A stretch of 64,000 nucleotides of DNA from Rebecca billardiae RCC1528 (Eukaryota > Protista > Haptophyta): contig OZ251245.1 of the NCBI GenBank assembly GCA_965240325.2, positions 310,001 to 374,000 on the forward strand, written 5' to 3'. Both the position numbers and the translations under genes were made by a program. This document shows positions 41,504-54,200 of this stretch, piece after piece. Under the pieces are notes generated by a model. It ran no database searches. It saw only the letters and a program-made list of their open reading frames with translations, and was not told where the DNA came from. Each line of letters begins with the position of its first letter. Position 1 is the first letter of the stretch.

Positions 41504-43381
41504 ATGGCCGCTCGACGCGGCGCATCATGGCCTTACGTGGCTTGCGCGCTGTGCCTGCCGCACGCACGCGTGCTCGCAGCGGGGCTCGCCGCCCGGCACG
41601 CATCCACCCGTGCCCAACCGTCGCCGCGGCCGCTCGCTCCCGAGTGGCCGCGCTTCCTCGTCCTCTTCCGCGCCAAGTACGGCCCGGCGCGGCTCGAGGA
41701 GCTGCGCTCGGCGGCGTGCGCCGCCTCCGGGCGCGCGCTGAGCCTGGCTGAAATGGACGCGCACGCCGCGCACGGGGCGCAGGGGCGGTTACTTTGGACG
41801 ACCGACGGGAACATCGGGCCGCCCGTGCTGCAGTGGATCCGCCTGCCCTCCGCGGACGTCGCCGCGCGCGCCGGCGCGCGATGCGCATGCGTCCGCGCCG
41901 TGCTCGAGCCATGGCTGAGCGGCCCGACGCTGGACGCGTGCGCGGCGCAGGCGGAGGCGCTCGAGCCGGCTGAGCTGGCCGCTCTCCACGCGCCGTTGAA
42001 CGACGGCCGCCCGTGGGCGGCCCGCTTCTTCGGCTACGGCGTCGCGAAGGGCGGCGCCGGATTGACTCCGGCGGTGAAGCGCCAACGGCTGAGCCGAGTG
42101 GCGCGCGCGCTGAGCGGCATCCCCGGGCGCGTGGACCTCAAAGCGCCGGAGCATGAGCTGTGGCTGATCGAGGACTTCGAGCCGCCCACGCATGACCCGG
42201 CCAGCATCGGCGGCGCGTACAAGCGCGACGGGCCGCGCTTCGTCGCGCTCGGGCGGCTGCTGAGCGCAGGCGCAGCGGCCTTGGTGCACCGCAGCAGGCT
42301 GAGCGCGCGCGCGCACAAGCACATCACCAGCCTGCCGGCCGACCTGTCGGTGGTGCTCGCGAACCTCGCGCAGGTGCGCCCGGGCGATGCCGTGTACGAC
42401 CCGTTCTGCGGCACGGGCTCCACGCTAATCGCGGCCGCTCTTGTCGCGGCCGCGGCGGCCGCCCCGGCTCGCCCGCGCGAACGGCGGGAGGCTGGCGGCG
42501 ACGATGGCGGTGATGGTGACAACAGACCGCCGGCCAGGCTCTCGAGCGTGCGCTCCTACGCATCAGACGTGGACGCGCGCACGACGAAGCTCGAGGGCAA
42601 CTTTGCGCAGCTCGAGCTCGACGCACCCGTCCTGATCGAGCGCGCGGACATCTGCGCGCTCGCGCATGCCGCCGTGGCCGCGCCGACCGCGCCTGCCCGG
42701 GTTACCCACGTGGGTAATCGCGTGGAGCGCACAGCCGGACCGGCCGGGGCGGCAGTTGCGGCAGACGAGGCGGTGGCGGCCGCGCGGGAGGCAGCCGAAC
42801 TGCCCATCGACGAGCACGCTCGCGCGCTGCTCGCCCGGCTGCCCCCTATCGACTGCCTGATTACTGACCCCCCCTACGGCTGCATGATCCCGGGGCGCGG
42901 CGGGCTAGCGGGCGCGCGCGCCCTCGCGAATGGCGCCGCCCAGCCCGCCGAGGCGTCGGCGCCGCCGTCGCGCCGGCGGCTCGCGCACACGCCGATGCCC
43001 CCGGCAGCCCTCGCTGAGTCGACCGCCTTCGGCGTGAGCACGCTCGGCGGCGGCAGCGTGCGCGCGGCCCTCGGCCCTCTCCTGGCGGTGGCGGAGCGCG
43101 TGCTCGCGCCGAGCGGCTCGCTGGTCTTCTTGTTGCCGGCGCCCGCGCGCGTCGGCGCGGCCGGCATGTCGCTCTACGGCGCGGGTGCGGGGAAGCTTGC
43201 GCGCGAACTGGGCCTGCCGCCCACGCCCTCCTCCACCGAGGTAGCAGCCGGCGATGCACATGATGATGGCGGGCTGCGCGTTGTGGCCGCGCACAGGCTG
43301 CACTTCACGGCGGAGAATGCGCGCTGGGTCATCGTGATGCGGCGCCGCGCCGCTGGCGGCGGCGGCCCCGCCGACGTCTAG
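41504..43381 (+). CDS. TRM11-like tRNA (guanine-N2) methyltransferase family protein
   Basis: THUMP-like N-terminal half (VDLKAP), then DPFCGTGS and LITDPPYG; N-terminal extension may be a targeting peptide. Confidence 0.75.
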   Translation: MAARRGASWPYVACALCLPHARVLAAGLAARHASTRAQPSPRPLAPEWPRFLVLFRAKYGPARLEELRSAACAASGRALSLAEMDAHAAHGAQGRLLWTTDGNIGPPVLQWIRLPSADVAARAGARCACVRAVLEPWLSGPTLDACAAQAEALEPAELAALHAPLNDGRPWAARFFGYGVAKGGAGLTPAVKRQRLSRVARALSGIPGRVDLKAPEHELWLIEDFEPPTHDPASIGGAYKRDGPRFVALGRLLSAGAAALVHRSRLSARAHKHITSLPADLSVVLANLAQVRPGDAVYDPFCGTGSTLIAAALVAAAAAAPARPRERREAGGDDGGDGDNRPPARLSSVRSYASDVDARTTKLEGNFAQLELDAPVLIERADICALAHAAVAAPTAPARVTHVGNRVERTAGPAGAAVAADEAVAAAREAAELPIDEHARALLARLPPIDCLITDPPYGCMIPGRGGLAGARALANGAAQPAEASAPPSRRRLAHTPMPPAALAESTAFGVSTLGGGSVRAALGPLLAVAERVLAPSGSLVFLLPAPARVGAAGMSLYGAGAGKLARELGLPPTPSSTEVAAGDAHDDGGLRVVAAHRLHFTAENARWVIVMRRRAAGGGGPADV

Positions 43382-43601
43382 CTCGCCGGCTCGCGCCACC
43401 GCCGCCGCCGCGCCAGGGCCGCCGCGCCAAGCGAAGAAAAAACGTTTTGTCGGGGAAGAAAACTGAATTCCGCCCGTGTAACGGAAGGTCACTTCAACAA
43501 GCTTCGAAGGGCACTTTCAACTTCGAACCGCCGCCCTGCCTCGGTGGAGAGGCGATCGAGAGCTTCTTGGTCTTGCGGCGCAGACTGCTTCGTGCCTCGG
43601 C

Positions 43602-44654
43602 ATGGCGCTCGCGCTACTGCTCGCACTGCTGAAAACGCTGGCCGTCGGCCCGGGTGGGCCGTACTACTGGGAGCACGGGCACCGCGCGGCGGTCACGCCA
43701 TGCGGCACAATGCTGCGCTTCTTCATCCAGCAAGTCGATGCGTGCGTCTCCGCACGCGCCAAGGCCAACTCAACGTCCCCTGTGCGGGGTGTCAAGCGGG
43801 AAAAGTCGGTTGCGGACTGCCTGAGCACCCTGCTGCCGCAGCTGGTCTCCCTCACGACGAACGCGGACCTGCTTCGGTTCTTCTACGATGCGGAGCCACA
43901 CCCTGTTGCCGCCTTTCGCTTGCCCGGCTGCTGCACGAGCGGCGCCTGTGCGCCAGGGCGGCGCGGTGGCCAAGTGTATCAAGGTGACATAGTCTGGCGC
44001 AAGAAGGGCGCAGAGCCGTGCCTGTGGGGGAACATGCCGTACGGCAAGCTCGTCACGATTGTGCTCGCCATGCGCGCCTTCGGCATCACCCACGTCATCG
44101 AGTCCGGCCGGATGGGCGGCATCAGCGCGCTGCACTACTCTCGCCTCGGGTACAACGTGACCTCGGTCGAGCTCATACCGGTCGGCGAGGTCGAGGCGGA
44201 TCTGCATGCGCTGGCGCCGGGGATTCGCACGCTGAATGGCGACGGGATGGTCCTCGTGCCGCGCGCGCTCGCCGATATCCGCGCGGCCGACCCCGCTGCA
44301 CGCGTCGCCGTCATCCTGGACGGCCCAAAGGACGAGATGGCCGTGCGGCTGGCGACAAGCACACGGCTGCGCGCTGACGCGTCGCTTGTGCTCTTCGACG
44401 ATCAGGCGGTGCGCGTGGAGAAGTGGGCGCTACCCATGGCGTACTCGAGCCACGAGGCCATCCGCAACGTGCTACCCATGAAGCGCGACCTGGCTCTGCA
44501 CCTGGAGCCGCAGAGTGCCATCCCGGTACCTCCAGGCTCCCATGAGCCCTCGTACTACTTCAACGCACGCGACGTGATCACCATCGCGCTCGGGCAGCGG
44601 TGGCGCGACGATTTCAGCTCACGGTGCGAGGCGAGAGCGCGGCCGAGACAATAA
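43602..44654 (+). CDS. Secreted class I SAM-dependent methyltransferase-like protein
   Basis: Signal peptide; HVIESGRMGGIS, VTSVE, GDG, VILDGPK, LFDD. Confidence 0.65.
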   Translation: MALALLLALLKTLAVGPGGPYYWEHGHRAAVTPCGTMLRFFIQQVDACVSARAKANSTSPVRGVKREKSVADCLSTLLPQLVSLTTNADLLRFFYDAEPHPVAAFRLPGCCTSGACAPGRRGGQVYQGDIVWRKKGAEPCLWGNMPYGKLVTIVLAMRAFGITHVIESGRMGGISALHYSRLGYNVTSVELIPVGEVEADLHALAPGIRTLNGDGMVLVPRALADIRAADPAARVAVILDGPKDEMAVRLATSTRLRADASLVLFDDQAVRVEKWALPMAYSSHEAIRNVLPMKRDLALHLEPQSAIPVPPGSHEPSYYFNARDVITIALGQRWRDDFSSRCEARARPRQ

Positions 44655-44868
44655 CGCAGTAGCGGACTATATATACGACGATGATTGGGTTTATCGCAGA
44701 CAGCGCATCGTCATAACTTGCTGCTCGCGCGTGCCGCCCGCTTGCAGGCGGGACTCACTGCTAATAAGTGAGGACAGACTACACTCATCCGTCATCGTCA
44801 TCAACTACTATACTATGTCTAATAACTGCTCTGCTACGGAGTACGGTTGATGGGCGGACTCATTCTAT

Positions 44869-44953
44869 GATTTAACGACACAGGTAGGACGACGCGGGTC
44901 TCCTGGACCTGATTCGTCGGCGGCAGTGCCCGATCGTCGACACGAAGTCGGCG
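44869..44953 (-). repeat. Second copy of the ~90 bp dispersed repeat (see 2760-2849)
   Basis: Reverse-complement match read directly. Confidence 0.85.
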
Positions 44954-45363
44954 CTGTCACGGAGTTATATATTGCCATTGGGACCCGGTGGCCGGTCAGC
45001 ATCGGCGCGCCGGCCGGTCGTCAGTAAGTACCGATGCAGCATCACTCGGCACTCGACGGCAGTCATCGTCGATCATCACGACATCAGACGCGCATATATC
45101 GTCGTCAGCAGCTTCCGAGTTCGTTGTCTCGTCCGTCTCCGGTCCCGGAGTCCGGTCCGGATATGCAAGGACGAATATTGGATGATGATGACGATGATGA
45201 CATCCATGTCTCAGATATGCCATGGTCAAAGTACAGAGTAGTCATCGGCATTCCCGCAGGATACCGAGTCAGCATATCGGTCACACGACAGCAGCCGCGC
45301 CGGGACCGGATGGGGTCGCGCAGATCGGGCCGCCGCCACGGCCTCCACGCCCCGCCGAGTCGC

Positions 45364-47460
45364 TCACATCGTGATCGCGTCGAAGACCGGGTTGTGCCTG
45401 CAGATGCTCGGGCCGTGCTCCTCGTACTGCGCGCGCGAGTGCGCGACGTTATAAAACTCGGGCGTCGACGCGAGCATCGAGCCACCGAACCACACGGCGA
45501 AGCGCTGCATGTGGTGCGAGATGACGTTCACGTCGAGCGCGCTCGACTTCATGTGCCCGCCGCTCAGCGCCTCCGAGCGGCTGCGCACCGCACGGAGCGC
45601 GCGCACGCGGGCGGACGGCGGGCGAGTCTGAGCGTGCGCGCGCGAGTGCAGCGCGCGCGGCGCAGCGGTGCTGCGGCGCTGCGGCCGCGCGCCGCCCCGG
45701 CCCGCAGGGCGCGCCGCGCCCGCGCACACACCGCAGCCGCTCGTCGACCCTGCGCTTGATGTCACGCTGCAGCCGCCGGCCGAAGTCCTTGAACATCGTC
45801 GAGCCGCCCGAGAGCACGATCGACTTGTACAGCCCGCGCCGCACGTCGATCGGACAGGCCTGGATGGTGGTGTCAATAACGGCCGGGAGAGGCGTGGTGT
45901 GTTCCGAGGAGAAGATCTCTGGGTTCTGCGGAGAAGGCCGGGCGCGCGGCGCGGGCGTGGGCGCGGGGTTCGGGGGGAGAGCGCGCGGCGGCGCGCGTCG
46001 AGCTCGAGAGGGCCGGCGCACGCCGCGCGCGCCAGGGCGGCATCCACCCCGCCCCCCGCCCCAGCCCCCTGGCCCGGCGCCGCCCATTGCGCACGGCCGC
46101 GGTGCCGGCCGCGCGGCGCGCGCGGCGCAGCGCACGTACGAAGAAAAGCTCCGGACCGAGGAAGCGCTCCGGACCGACCTCGCAGCTCCACGGCTGCCCT
46201 GTGCGCGCGCTCTGCCCGCGGAACTCCTTGATCCACTGCGCGGGCTGCTGCTCGTACTTTGCAAACTCGCGCGCAATGTCGGGGCACACGTAGCAATAAG
46301 ACTCCTGCGATGACAGGGCGAAGCAAATGCGGAATGAAGAAATAAAAAAAGGAGCGTCGGAGTGACCATGCATCGCGCGCGGCGCACGGCGCGCGAGTGG
46401 CAGACGACAGGGGGGCATGGGTGTGCGCGGCGCACGCGTGAGCGGAGCCCACCACCACGTCCGTGCCGCCGCGCGCGCCGCGCGCGCGCGTGCCGCGCGC
46501 GCTCCTTGATGCGGCGCGCGGCGTCCATCGATTCCTCCGGAGGCACAGTCGACTCCCGCTCGCGCAGAATCTGCTGGATGAAGTTGGTGATGCTGCGTCC
46601 CGCGAGCGGGATCGACTTGATGCACGAGCCGATCACGTACCCCTCCGCCACCGGGATGATGTGCGTGACGCCATCGCCCGCGTCCACCACCGTGCCGGTC
46701 AGCGTCCGCTCCGTCACCTGCCGCGAGGTCCACGAGGCCGCGAGCGCCAGGACTGCCTGCACGGCGATGTAGAGTCCGGAGACCTGCGCGCGCGCGGCGT
46801 GGCGGGCACGCGCGCGCGCGTGAGGAAGGCAGCGCGCCACAGCCCCGGAAGCGTGGCCCGGACCGCGCCCACCGCCCACACCGCGCCGCGCGGCGCGCGG
46901 CGCGCGCCGCGCGTTTCGCACGTTGAACGTTTCGAACATGATCTCGGCGGTGAGCTCGCGGTTCTCGGGCGTGTTCATCGGCGGCTCGGTGAGCAGCACG
47001 GCGTGCTCGGACGGGTCGCACCGCAGGTGCTTGAACAGGCACCGCCCCCAGAAGCGCTCCATGTTATCCCAATTCTCAACGATGCCCTCCCGAACCGGGT
47101 AGTTTGCGGTGTACGTGCCGCGGCTGGCGGCGGTGAGCGCGTCGTCGCCGACGAGGAAGTCCAGGTCGTCGATCGAGCCCGCAGGCCGCCCCGCCCCTCG
47201 CTGCGGCTCGCGTGTGCCAATCACCGTCGGTACGATGAAGCTCGGCTCGCAGTTGCCAGCATACCCCATCTTGGTGTAGCTGCGCGCGCGACCGGCGGCG
47301 GGGGGGTTGCGGCGGCGGGGCGCGCGGGAGCGGGACGTGTGTGTGGTCATGGCGCGCGTGGACCGGCCCGGAGCAGTTTGCGCAGGACAGGCGGCGCGGG
47401 GACGCCGCACCCGGTGCCATTGTCGATGACCACGGCGGGCATGCGCGTGCTGGCCTCCAT
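45364..47460 (-). CDS. ARP3: Actin-related protein 3; 6 exons (47460-47411, 47279-46922, 46783-46505, 46304-46140, 45925-45732, 45580-45364), 420 aa
   Basis: [97 protein letters not shown]; spliced length fits Arp3. Confidence 0.95.
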
Positions 47461-47582
47461 CGTTCACCCGCGCTCGCTCGACGGCGGCTGGCTTGCCCGT
47501 TGGCACAAGCTGAAAGCTACACGGCGGCCGAACCGCTGCGCAAGCCAAACAATAATCATCAGAAGAAGAAACAGCATTATTG

Positions 47583-48409
47583 ATGTCAGCACCAAACTCC
47601 AAAAGGCAAAGGCCCAAAAGCTCGGCCACGCAAGGCCACGGCCGCCCGGCCGCGCCGAAAGGCGGGCGGGACCGCTCCATCACATACACTCGCTCGGCGG
47701 TGCGCCACGCGATGATCCACGGCGCCCGCACGCGGTGGCGTCGGGCGAAGTCGGAGGTGCGACTGCAGGTGCAGATCGGCAAGCGCCGCTTCTCGGGCAA
47801 GCCGGACGAGCTGGACGGCGCGGCGCGCACGGCCGAGCAGAGCGAGCGCGCAGACTTGCTCGACTACAGCTCGTCGACGGACGACCTTGGGCTGGGCGCG
47901 CCGAGGATCGTGCTCAATCCGAACATGGCCCCGACGCCGGTATTCGCGACCCTCGGCGACGCGCCCGCGCCCGTCCCAGACCTGTCCCCGACGTCGGCGG
48001 CGGCCGGCCCTAGGCAGAGCGCGCTCACGGCCATCGACGCTTCGCCGGTCGTGAGCTCGAGCGCGCTGAGCGATGCGGGCAGCAGCGATGCGGGCGGGCG
48101 CGACGGGACGAGCAGCGCCGGCAGCTCGGAAGGCACACTCCCACACCTCGATCTCACCTCGTCGCCGCCCCTTGCCGCCACGCCTCCTGCCGAGATTCAC
48201 GCCCCGCCGCCTCCGGCCCTTGGGTCGATGCCGCTGGCCGCGGCCCCGCCCGCGAGCGCGCCGAGCCGCTCGCCGGTGGGTTCGGACCGCGCGGTTTCGG
48301 GGCCGCCCGATCGCACGATCACGCCGAGCTCGCCGGGCTCTCGCCCCGCGCCGGCCTCGAGCCACGCGCCACAGGCAGGCGGCGGCGGCGGCGGCGGCAC
48401 TGGCGGCGG

Positions 48410-48441
<32 letters not shown>

Positions 48442-50577
48442 GCGGCGGCGGCAGCTTCGGAGTTCGCCGGGCCGCTGCGGGGAGCACGGGCGATGGGCAC
48501 GTGGCGCCGACGGGTGGCGGGCAGCGTGACGCCGCCGGCGGTAGCGGCGGGCCCGCCAGCCCGCCCGGCCCCGGCGGCGGCGGGCACGCGATGCCTTCGA
48601 ACATCGTTCCAGCCGGCGGCGGCGGCGGCAGCGGCAGCGGCGGCGGCGGCGGCGCGGCCGCGGACGGGCGCGCCGACCACGAGAAGGAGTGGTACGAGAC
48701 AGGCGACAACCTCTCGACCACGCAGCTGCTCAGCTCGGCGGAGTGGCAGGCCTCCTCCGTCTGGACGTACGACGGACTCCTCGCCAGGCTGCAGATGATC
48801 GCTGACAACGGCATGCCGCGCATGCGCGTCGTCGCCGCGTCTAGGCTCGAGGGCCTCGGGGAGATCCCGCGCTCGAGCGAGGGGCACGCGGTGGACGCGC
48901 TCGAGGCGGTGCGCCGGTGCGGGCCCGACGTGGAGAACCGGCCCAAGGCGGTGCTCGTGATGTTCAGCCACCGCTGGCTCCGCCCGCTCTGGCCGGACCC
49001 GCACAAGCGCGCCCATCCGGACTCGATCGACGGTGCCAAGGCGAAGGTGCGCCCGCGCCCGCGCCCGCGCCGTGCGGCGCGCCGTGCCGGGCGCGTGAGC
49101 GTCAAGGCCGTGCCGGGCGCGTCGGAAGGGCGGGTGGGCTCACGCGCCCTGCCTGCGCGCCGCGCGCGCGCCGCGCGCGCACAGGCGGTCGTGCAGTGGG
49201 CGAAGTGGTTCAAGTGGTGGCGGATCCACGGCACCGGCCGCGAGTTTGTCAAGGGGGTCACCGTCGACCCGGGGCTGGAGGTGTTCTTCTGGTGCGAAGG
49301 CTGCGCCGACTCTCGCGCCATCAGGCGGCGCCATCGGCGTCGCAGCGCGCGCGCGCGCGTGCTCGCCGTCTCGGGGGCTCGGGGCGGATGCAGCGGCACT
49401 CAGCAGTCCGATACGGCCGCGGCCGCGGCGTCGCGAGCGCCGGCCGCGCGCGGGCGCAGCGAGCGAGGGACCCGCGTCATCCGCGCGCTGCTGCCTCGGC
49501 CGCCGTCCTCCCCTCACGCGCGCCCCGCGCCCCCGCCCTCCGGACCGCAGGGTCGACTTTGCGTGCGTGGACCAGGACTCGCCCGGCGCGGAGATGGCCG
49601 CGCTCCCAGCCTACGTGAGCGCGTGCGCCGAGGTGGTCATCTTCCAGTCACACGACTACGACGACCGCGCGTGGTGCCAGGTGGAGCTGATGATGGCGTT
49701 TGCCTTCATGACGGTCGGGGACAAGATCTTCCAGATCCCGCCGGGCTTCGAGCACCGGCGGCAGCGGCACGTCACCTTCCGGCGGTACGCGCTCCCGGAC
49801 CCGCTCGCGGGCAACCTCACCAACGAGGGCGATCGCAGGGTGATCTCCGAGCTGCGAGATTGCGCCAGCAGCTCGCGCGCGTTCACGCTGCGGCGCGCGT
49901 GCGAAGGGCTCTTCTGCACGGGCGCGGCGCGCGCGGCGCTGTGGGCCGTGTGCTGCTGCGGCTGGCTCGGGCTCGCGGCGTGGCTCAACGCGCGCACCGT
50001 CCGCGTCGGCCGCTCCGTCGTCTATCGGCTCACGCCGGCGTCGGGAGGTGCAGACGCGGGCAGCGCCGACCGGGCGACGGCGCTCGAGGCGGCTGCGGAG
50101 CTGGCGCGCCTGCGCCAGCAGTGGGCGGAGGAGGCGGCGGCCGCCGCCGAGGCCGACGCAGCCAAGGCCGCGGCGGAGGCCAGGGCGGAGGCGGAGGCGG
50201 CCGCGGCCCTCGCCAGCCAACCTCCTGCGCGCACGGTCCGGGCGCAAGCGAGCGGCGGCGCGCCCGCGCCGAGCGGCGCCGCCGACGCGGCGGGCAGCGG
50301 CGGTGGCCCCGGCCGTCGTCGCCTGCTCTTCGGCCGAGCCGGCGGCGGTGTCACGGGCGGTGCTCGGACGAGTGGCGGTGGCGCGCGGCTCAGCACGGGC
50401 GGCCCGAAGAGCGCACGCGCGGCCTTCGGCGGCGTCCGTGCTCGGCTGCCCAAGCTGACGCCGCGCGGCGGCGGCTCGGGCGCGCAGGCCGCTGGGCAGG
50501 CCGTGGCTGCGAGCGCTCGCGGGAGCTCGCGCGCGCCAGCCCGCGACTCGCAGGCGGCGTCATCGTCGCTTCATTGA
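47583..50577 (+). CDS. HET-domain-like protein with a long disordered Gly/Ser/Pro N-terminus; 3 exons (47583-49046, 49185-49291, 49551-50577); start codon uncertain
   Basis: After two GT-AG introns are removed: MFSHRW...HPD...FFWVDFACVDQD...LPAYVSAC...Y..RAWCQVE. Confidence 0.65.
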
Positions 50578-51212
50578 AGCCGCCGCGAATAGCGAGAGCG
50601 CCGCGTATAGTATAGCTAGGAGTGACTTCATCTGGTAGCCAGGCTACGATGGCCGCCTTCAAGGGAAGCCGTCGGGCCCGTCGCGGGCCCTGGGCGCCTG
50701 GCCAGGGTAGTAATCTTTGCTGCTGGTATCTTCAGGCCGAAACCCTCCCGCTCACTTTACCTTTATATATATATGATTATGGTAGTACTAGTAGTGTACA
50801 GAAGTAGTCTCTGAAAGTCGTAATGCTGCTATCATAAGCGAACAATGCCGCTTGTGTGTGGTGCCGGGACCGGTAAAATGTTTTTGAACCGCGAGCGTTC
50901 GACGCGACTCCAATTCACACAGGCTCGTGTGTGACGTCGAAAAAGCTCCGAATATTGCGCACGCGGCAACGGTTCAAAGCTTCGTTGCACCATAGGATCT
51001 GCTCAAGAGCTGCGGTAAATCGGGTAGGATCTCCAAATCATTGCAGGGTTAATGGCGGGCCGTTTTATCTCCGATCTGGCGAGAGATCGTGATCCCTCTC
51101 CGTGACTTTGCAAACGCGACCTGCGTACACACAAGCCAACCAACCTCGACCGTCCAACGACATCGGCCCCGGCCAAATCGCGCACGCGCAGCGAACCAGC
51201 CTGATCGTCGAC

Positions 51213-54200
51213 ATGGGCTTCCTCAGCACCAGCCGGGATCCGCAGGCGCTCCTCCCGAACGGCATGGACAAGGCGACCGTCCTCGACTCCGCCCCCACCA
51301 GCCGCACCATCGTCGCCTGCTGCGTCTGCTTTTACGTGATCGCCGTCGTGACGACGTTCCTCAAGCTCGGCGACTCGACCGAGCACCTCCTCCCGGCCGA
51401 GCAGTACGCCGCGCAGTGCGCGGGCACTGTACTCGCCGCGTCTGTCGTTCTGCGCACTATCCATCTCCTCTCCCAGCGCGGCTCGAAGACGACCACCGCC
51501 GACATCGCCATGCTCGCGACGAACGCGATCGCTGCGTCGTCCAACCTGCTGATGGGCACGATCCCCACGCCGATCATCGTCGACAAGGTCACCGGCACGA
51601 GCGAGTACATGATTCGCTGGTGCGAGTGGACGACGCTTGCCTTCTTGATGACGTTCATCGTCGAGGGCCTCACCGCCACCTCCCTGGGCGAGGCCCTGTC
51701 GCTCGCGCTGCTGATGGGCGTGAGCGCGGGCTGCGGCCTCGTCTTCCCGTTCTGCGAGGGCGTGTGGACGTGGGGCTTCGTGATGACCGTCTCCTTCGTG
51801 ACGTACTTTGCTCTCTTCCCGCGCTACGCGCGCCGCCGTCGGCTGTACCACGAGGCGGTCGCCTCGTGCATGAGCGCGAGCGACGTCTCGCGCGTCGTCG
51901 CGACCAAGGTGAGCTACTACCTGATGACGTGCTGCACTGTCATGTGGACGCTCATCACGCTCGACTACTGCGTGACGTGGGCGGCAGCGCTCTACCAGGG
52001 TGCGGGCTATGGCCTCGGGCAGAAGCGCCCGCAGTGGCCGTTCATCCTCGACTGCGTGCTCGACGTCACAGCCAAGCTACTGTGCGTGCGGGCAGCGCGC
52101 GTCCGCGCGAGCCACTGTGCACGCGCGCGCGCGCGCCATCTGGCGAAGCGCAACGAGCGCGCTCACCCGCCGACCGAACCACCCCTGCGGCCCCGGCGAT
52201 GCCCGCGCGCCTCGTGATGCCGTGCAGGTACGCGCACATCATCTCGACGGGCCACGCGCACGTGCCGCGCGAGGCGGAGCGGCAGCAGGCGCGCTGGATC
52301 CGGGAGGCCATGGACATGGTCTGGTCGGGCTCGCAGGACACGATCGTGCTCTCCGAGCTCCAGGGCGAGGGCACCGCGCGCTCCCTCGCCTCGACCGGCC
52401 TGGCGAAGCTCATCGGCGAGGAGAACGCGCAGAAGTGGTCGTCGTGGCGCACGCAGAGCGTCGTCATGCAGGCAAGCTCGCTCAAGCTGCCCTCCGCCGA
52501 GCTCTCGTCGCGGACGCCGTCCGTCGACGGCTCGTCTTCCGGCGACGAATCGTCAACAAACTCGTCCTTTTCCAACTCGAGCTCCCCGTGGCGCGAGAGG
52601 CCGCAGATCCGGGACATGAAGGTGCACGACCAGCTCTCCCCCATGCATGCCGCGGTGCACCCGCTCGTTCGCCCGCTCAACCTCGTGGCCTCCAGCCCCT
52701 CGGACTCCGGCCGCGCGACCGCCTCCAACCCCACGGACGCGTGCGCTTCCTTTGAGAACCTCATCTCGGAGGCGTGGGCGTCGTCCTCGCGCGCGGAGGG
52801 CCAGACGTGCTCGCTGACGTGGTGCGCGCACTTTGACGACGGCTCGGCCGGCGGGCAGGAGAAGCACTGCGAGATCCAGGTCACCCAGTGCGAGCGCGAG
52901 CTGCCCGTCGAGATGCCGCGCGGCTCGTCGCCGATGCGCGAGCGCTTCCTGATCCTCGTCATCCGCGACGTGACCGAGCGCACGCGCACGGCCGATCTCG
53001 AGAAGCAGCTCATGAACGAGATCGCGGACAAGACGGTGCTCGCCGAGCGCATCGGGCGGAAGAAGGACGAGGAGGCCAACCGCTTCTCGCGCCACGAGGT
53101 GAAGAACTGCGTGCTCGCCGCGATGGCGCAGTGCGAGGCGCTGGTCGAGTGGCACACCAAGACCGCCGAGTCGTTCGCAGCGGGCGTCGACACGCAGCCG
53201 CTGCGCGCGGGGCTCGAGGACCTCAGCTCCAAGCTGCAGCGCACGCTCAACACGGTGCTCGCCGCGGCGATGGCGAAGGACCTCGCGAACGGCGAGTACA
53301 GCCCGAAGCCCGAGTTCACCAAGGTCGAGACGCTGCTGCGCGACAACCTCGCCTCGTGCGGCCGATTCCAGCTGAGCCTCTCGCCGCGGGCGCTGCCGTC
53401 GGTGCTGCTAGACCCGCAGCTGCTCTTCTGCGTGCACCGCAACGCCATCTCGAACGCGGTCAAGTACGGCTGCGCGACGAGCCCGATCGAGACCGTCGTC
53501 GAGGTCAAGGCGGGCACGCTCACGCTGCGCGTCATCAACATGCCCGGGCCGAACCACGACAAGCTGCTCGGCGGCCACGGCTCGGGCGAGCGCGTGTTTG
53601 AGCGCGGGCTGCGGCTGCACGACGTGGACGAGGAGCAGGAGGCGCGCGCGCTGCACACCGAGCGCGTCTCGGCGGGCGACGGCGGCTGGATCATGCGCCG
53701 CTGCGCGCTCGCGCTCGGCGGCGAGTGCACGATCGCGTTCGAGCCGGACAAGACCGTCTTCGAGCTCTCGTGCCCGGTGCGCACGCGCGAGGAGTACGAC
53801 GAGGAGTACGCGACCAAGGCGACGGTCGGCTTTGAGCTGCCGCCCTCCACCGTCTGCATCGGCATCGACGACTCCAAGGTGCCGCGCACCATCCTCAAGA
53901 AGATCTTCTCCGCGGTGGGCGCGAAGCCGGAGCAGACGAGCATCTACGGCGAGTGCGACGAGCACATCGTCAACCTCCCCTCGCTGCTCGTGCAGGCCGT
54001 GCGCGCGCACCCGAAGCAGCGCGTCTTTGTGATCGGCGACGAGAACCTCGACCTGACCGAGGGCTGCTCGTGCACCACCGTCTCGTGCACGCAGGCGTTT
54101 GCGCAGCTCGGCGAGCTGCTGAGCGAGGAGGAGCTGGCGCGCGTGCTGCTCGTGATCCGCTCGGCGAACGACTCGAAGGCCGACGTCGACTGCTACCTCG

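Noticed and set aside
51089-52227. N-terminal third of the 1191-aa ORF as real protein
   Set aside because: Wrong frame; the true N-terminus is the rhodopsin frame (51213-52081) joined by an intron
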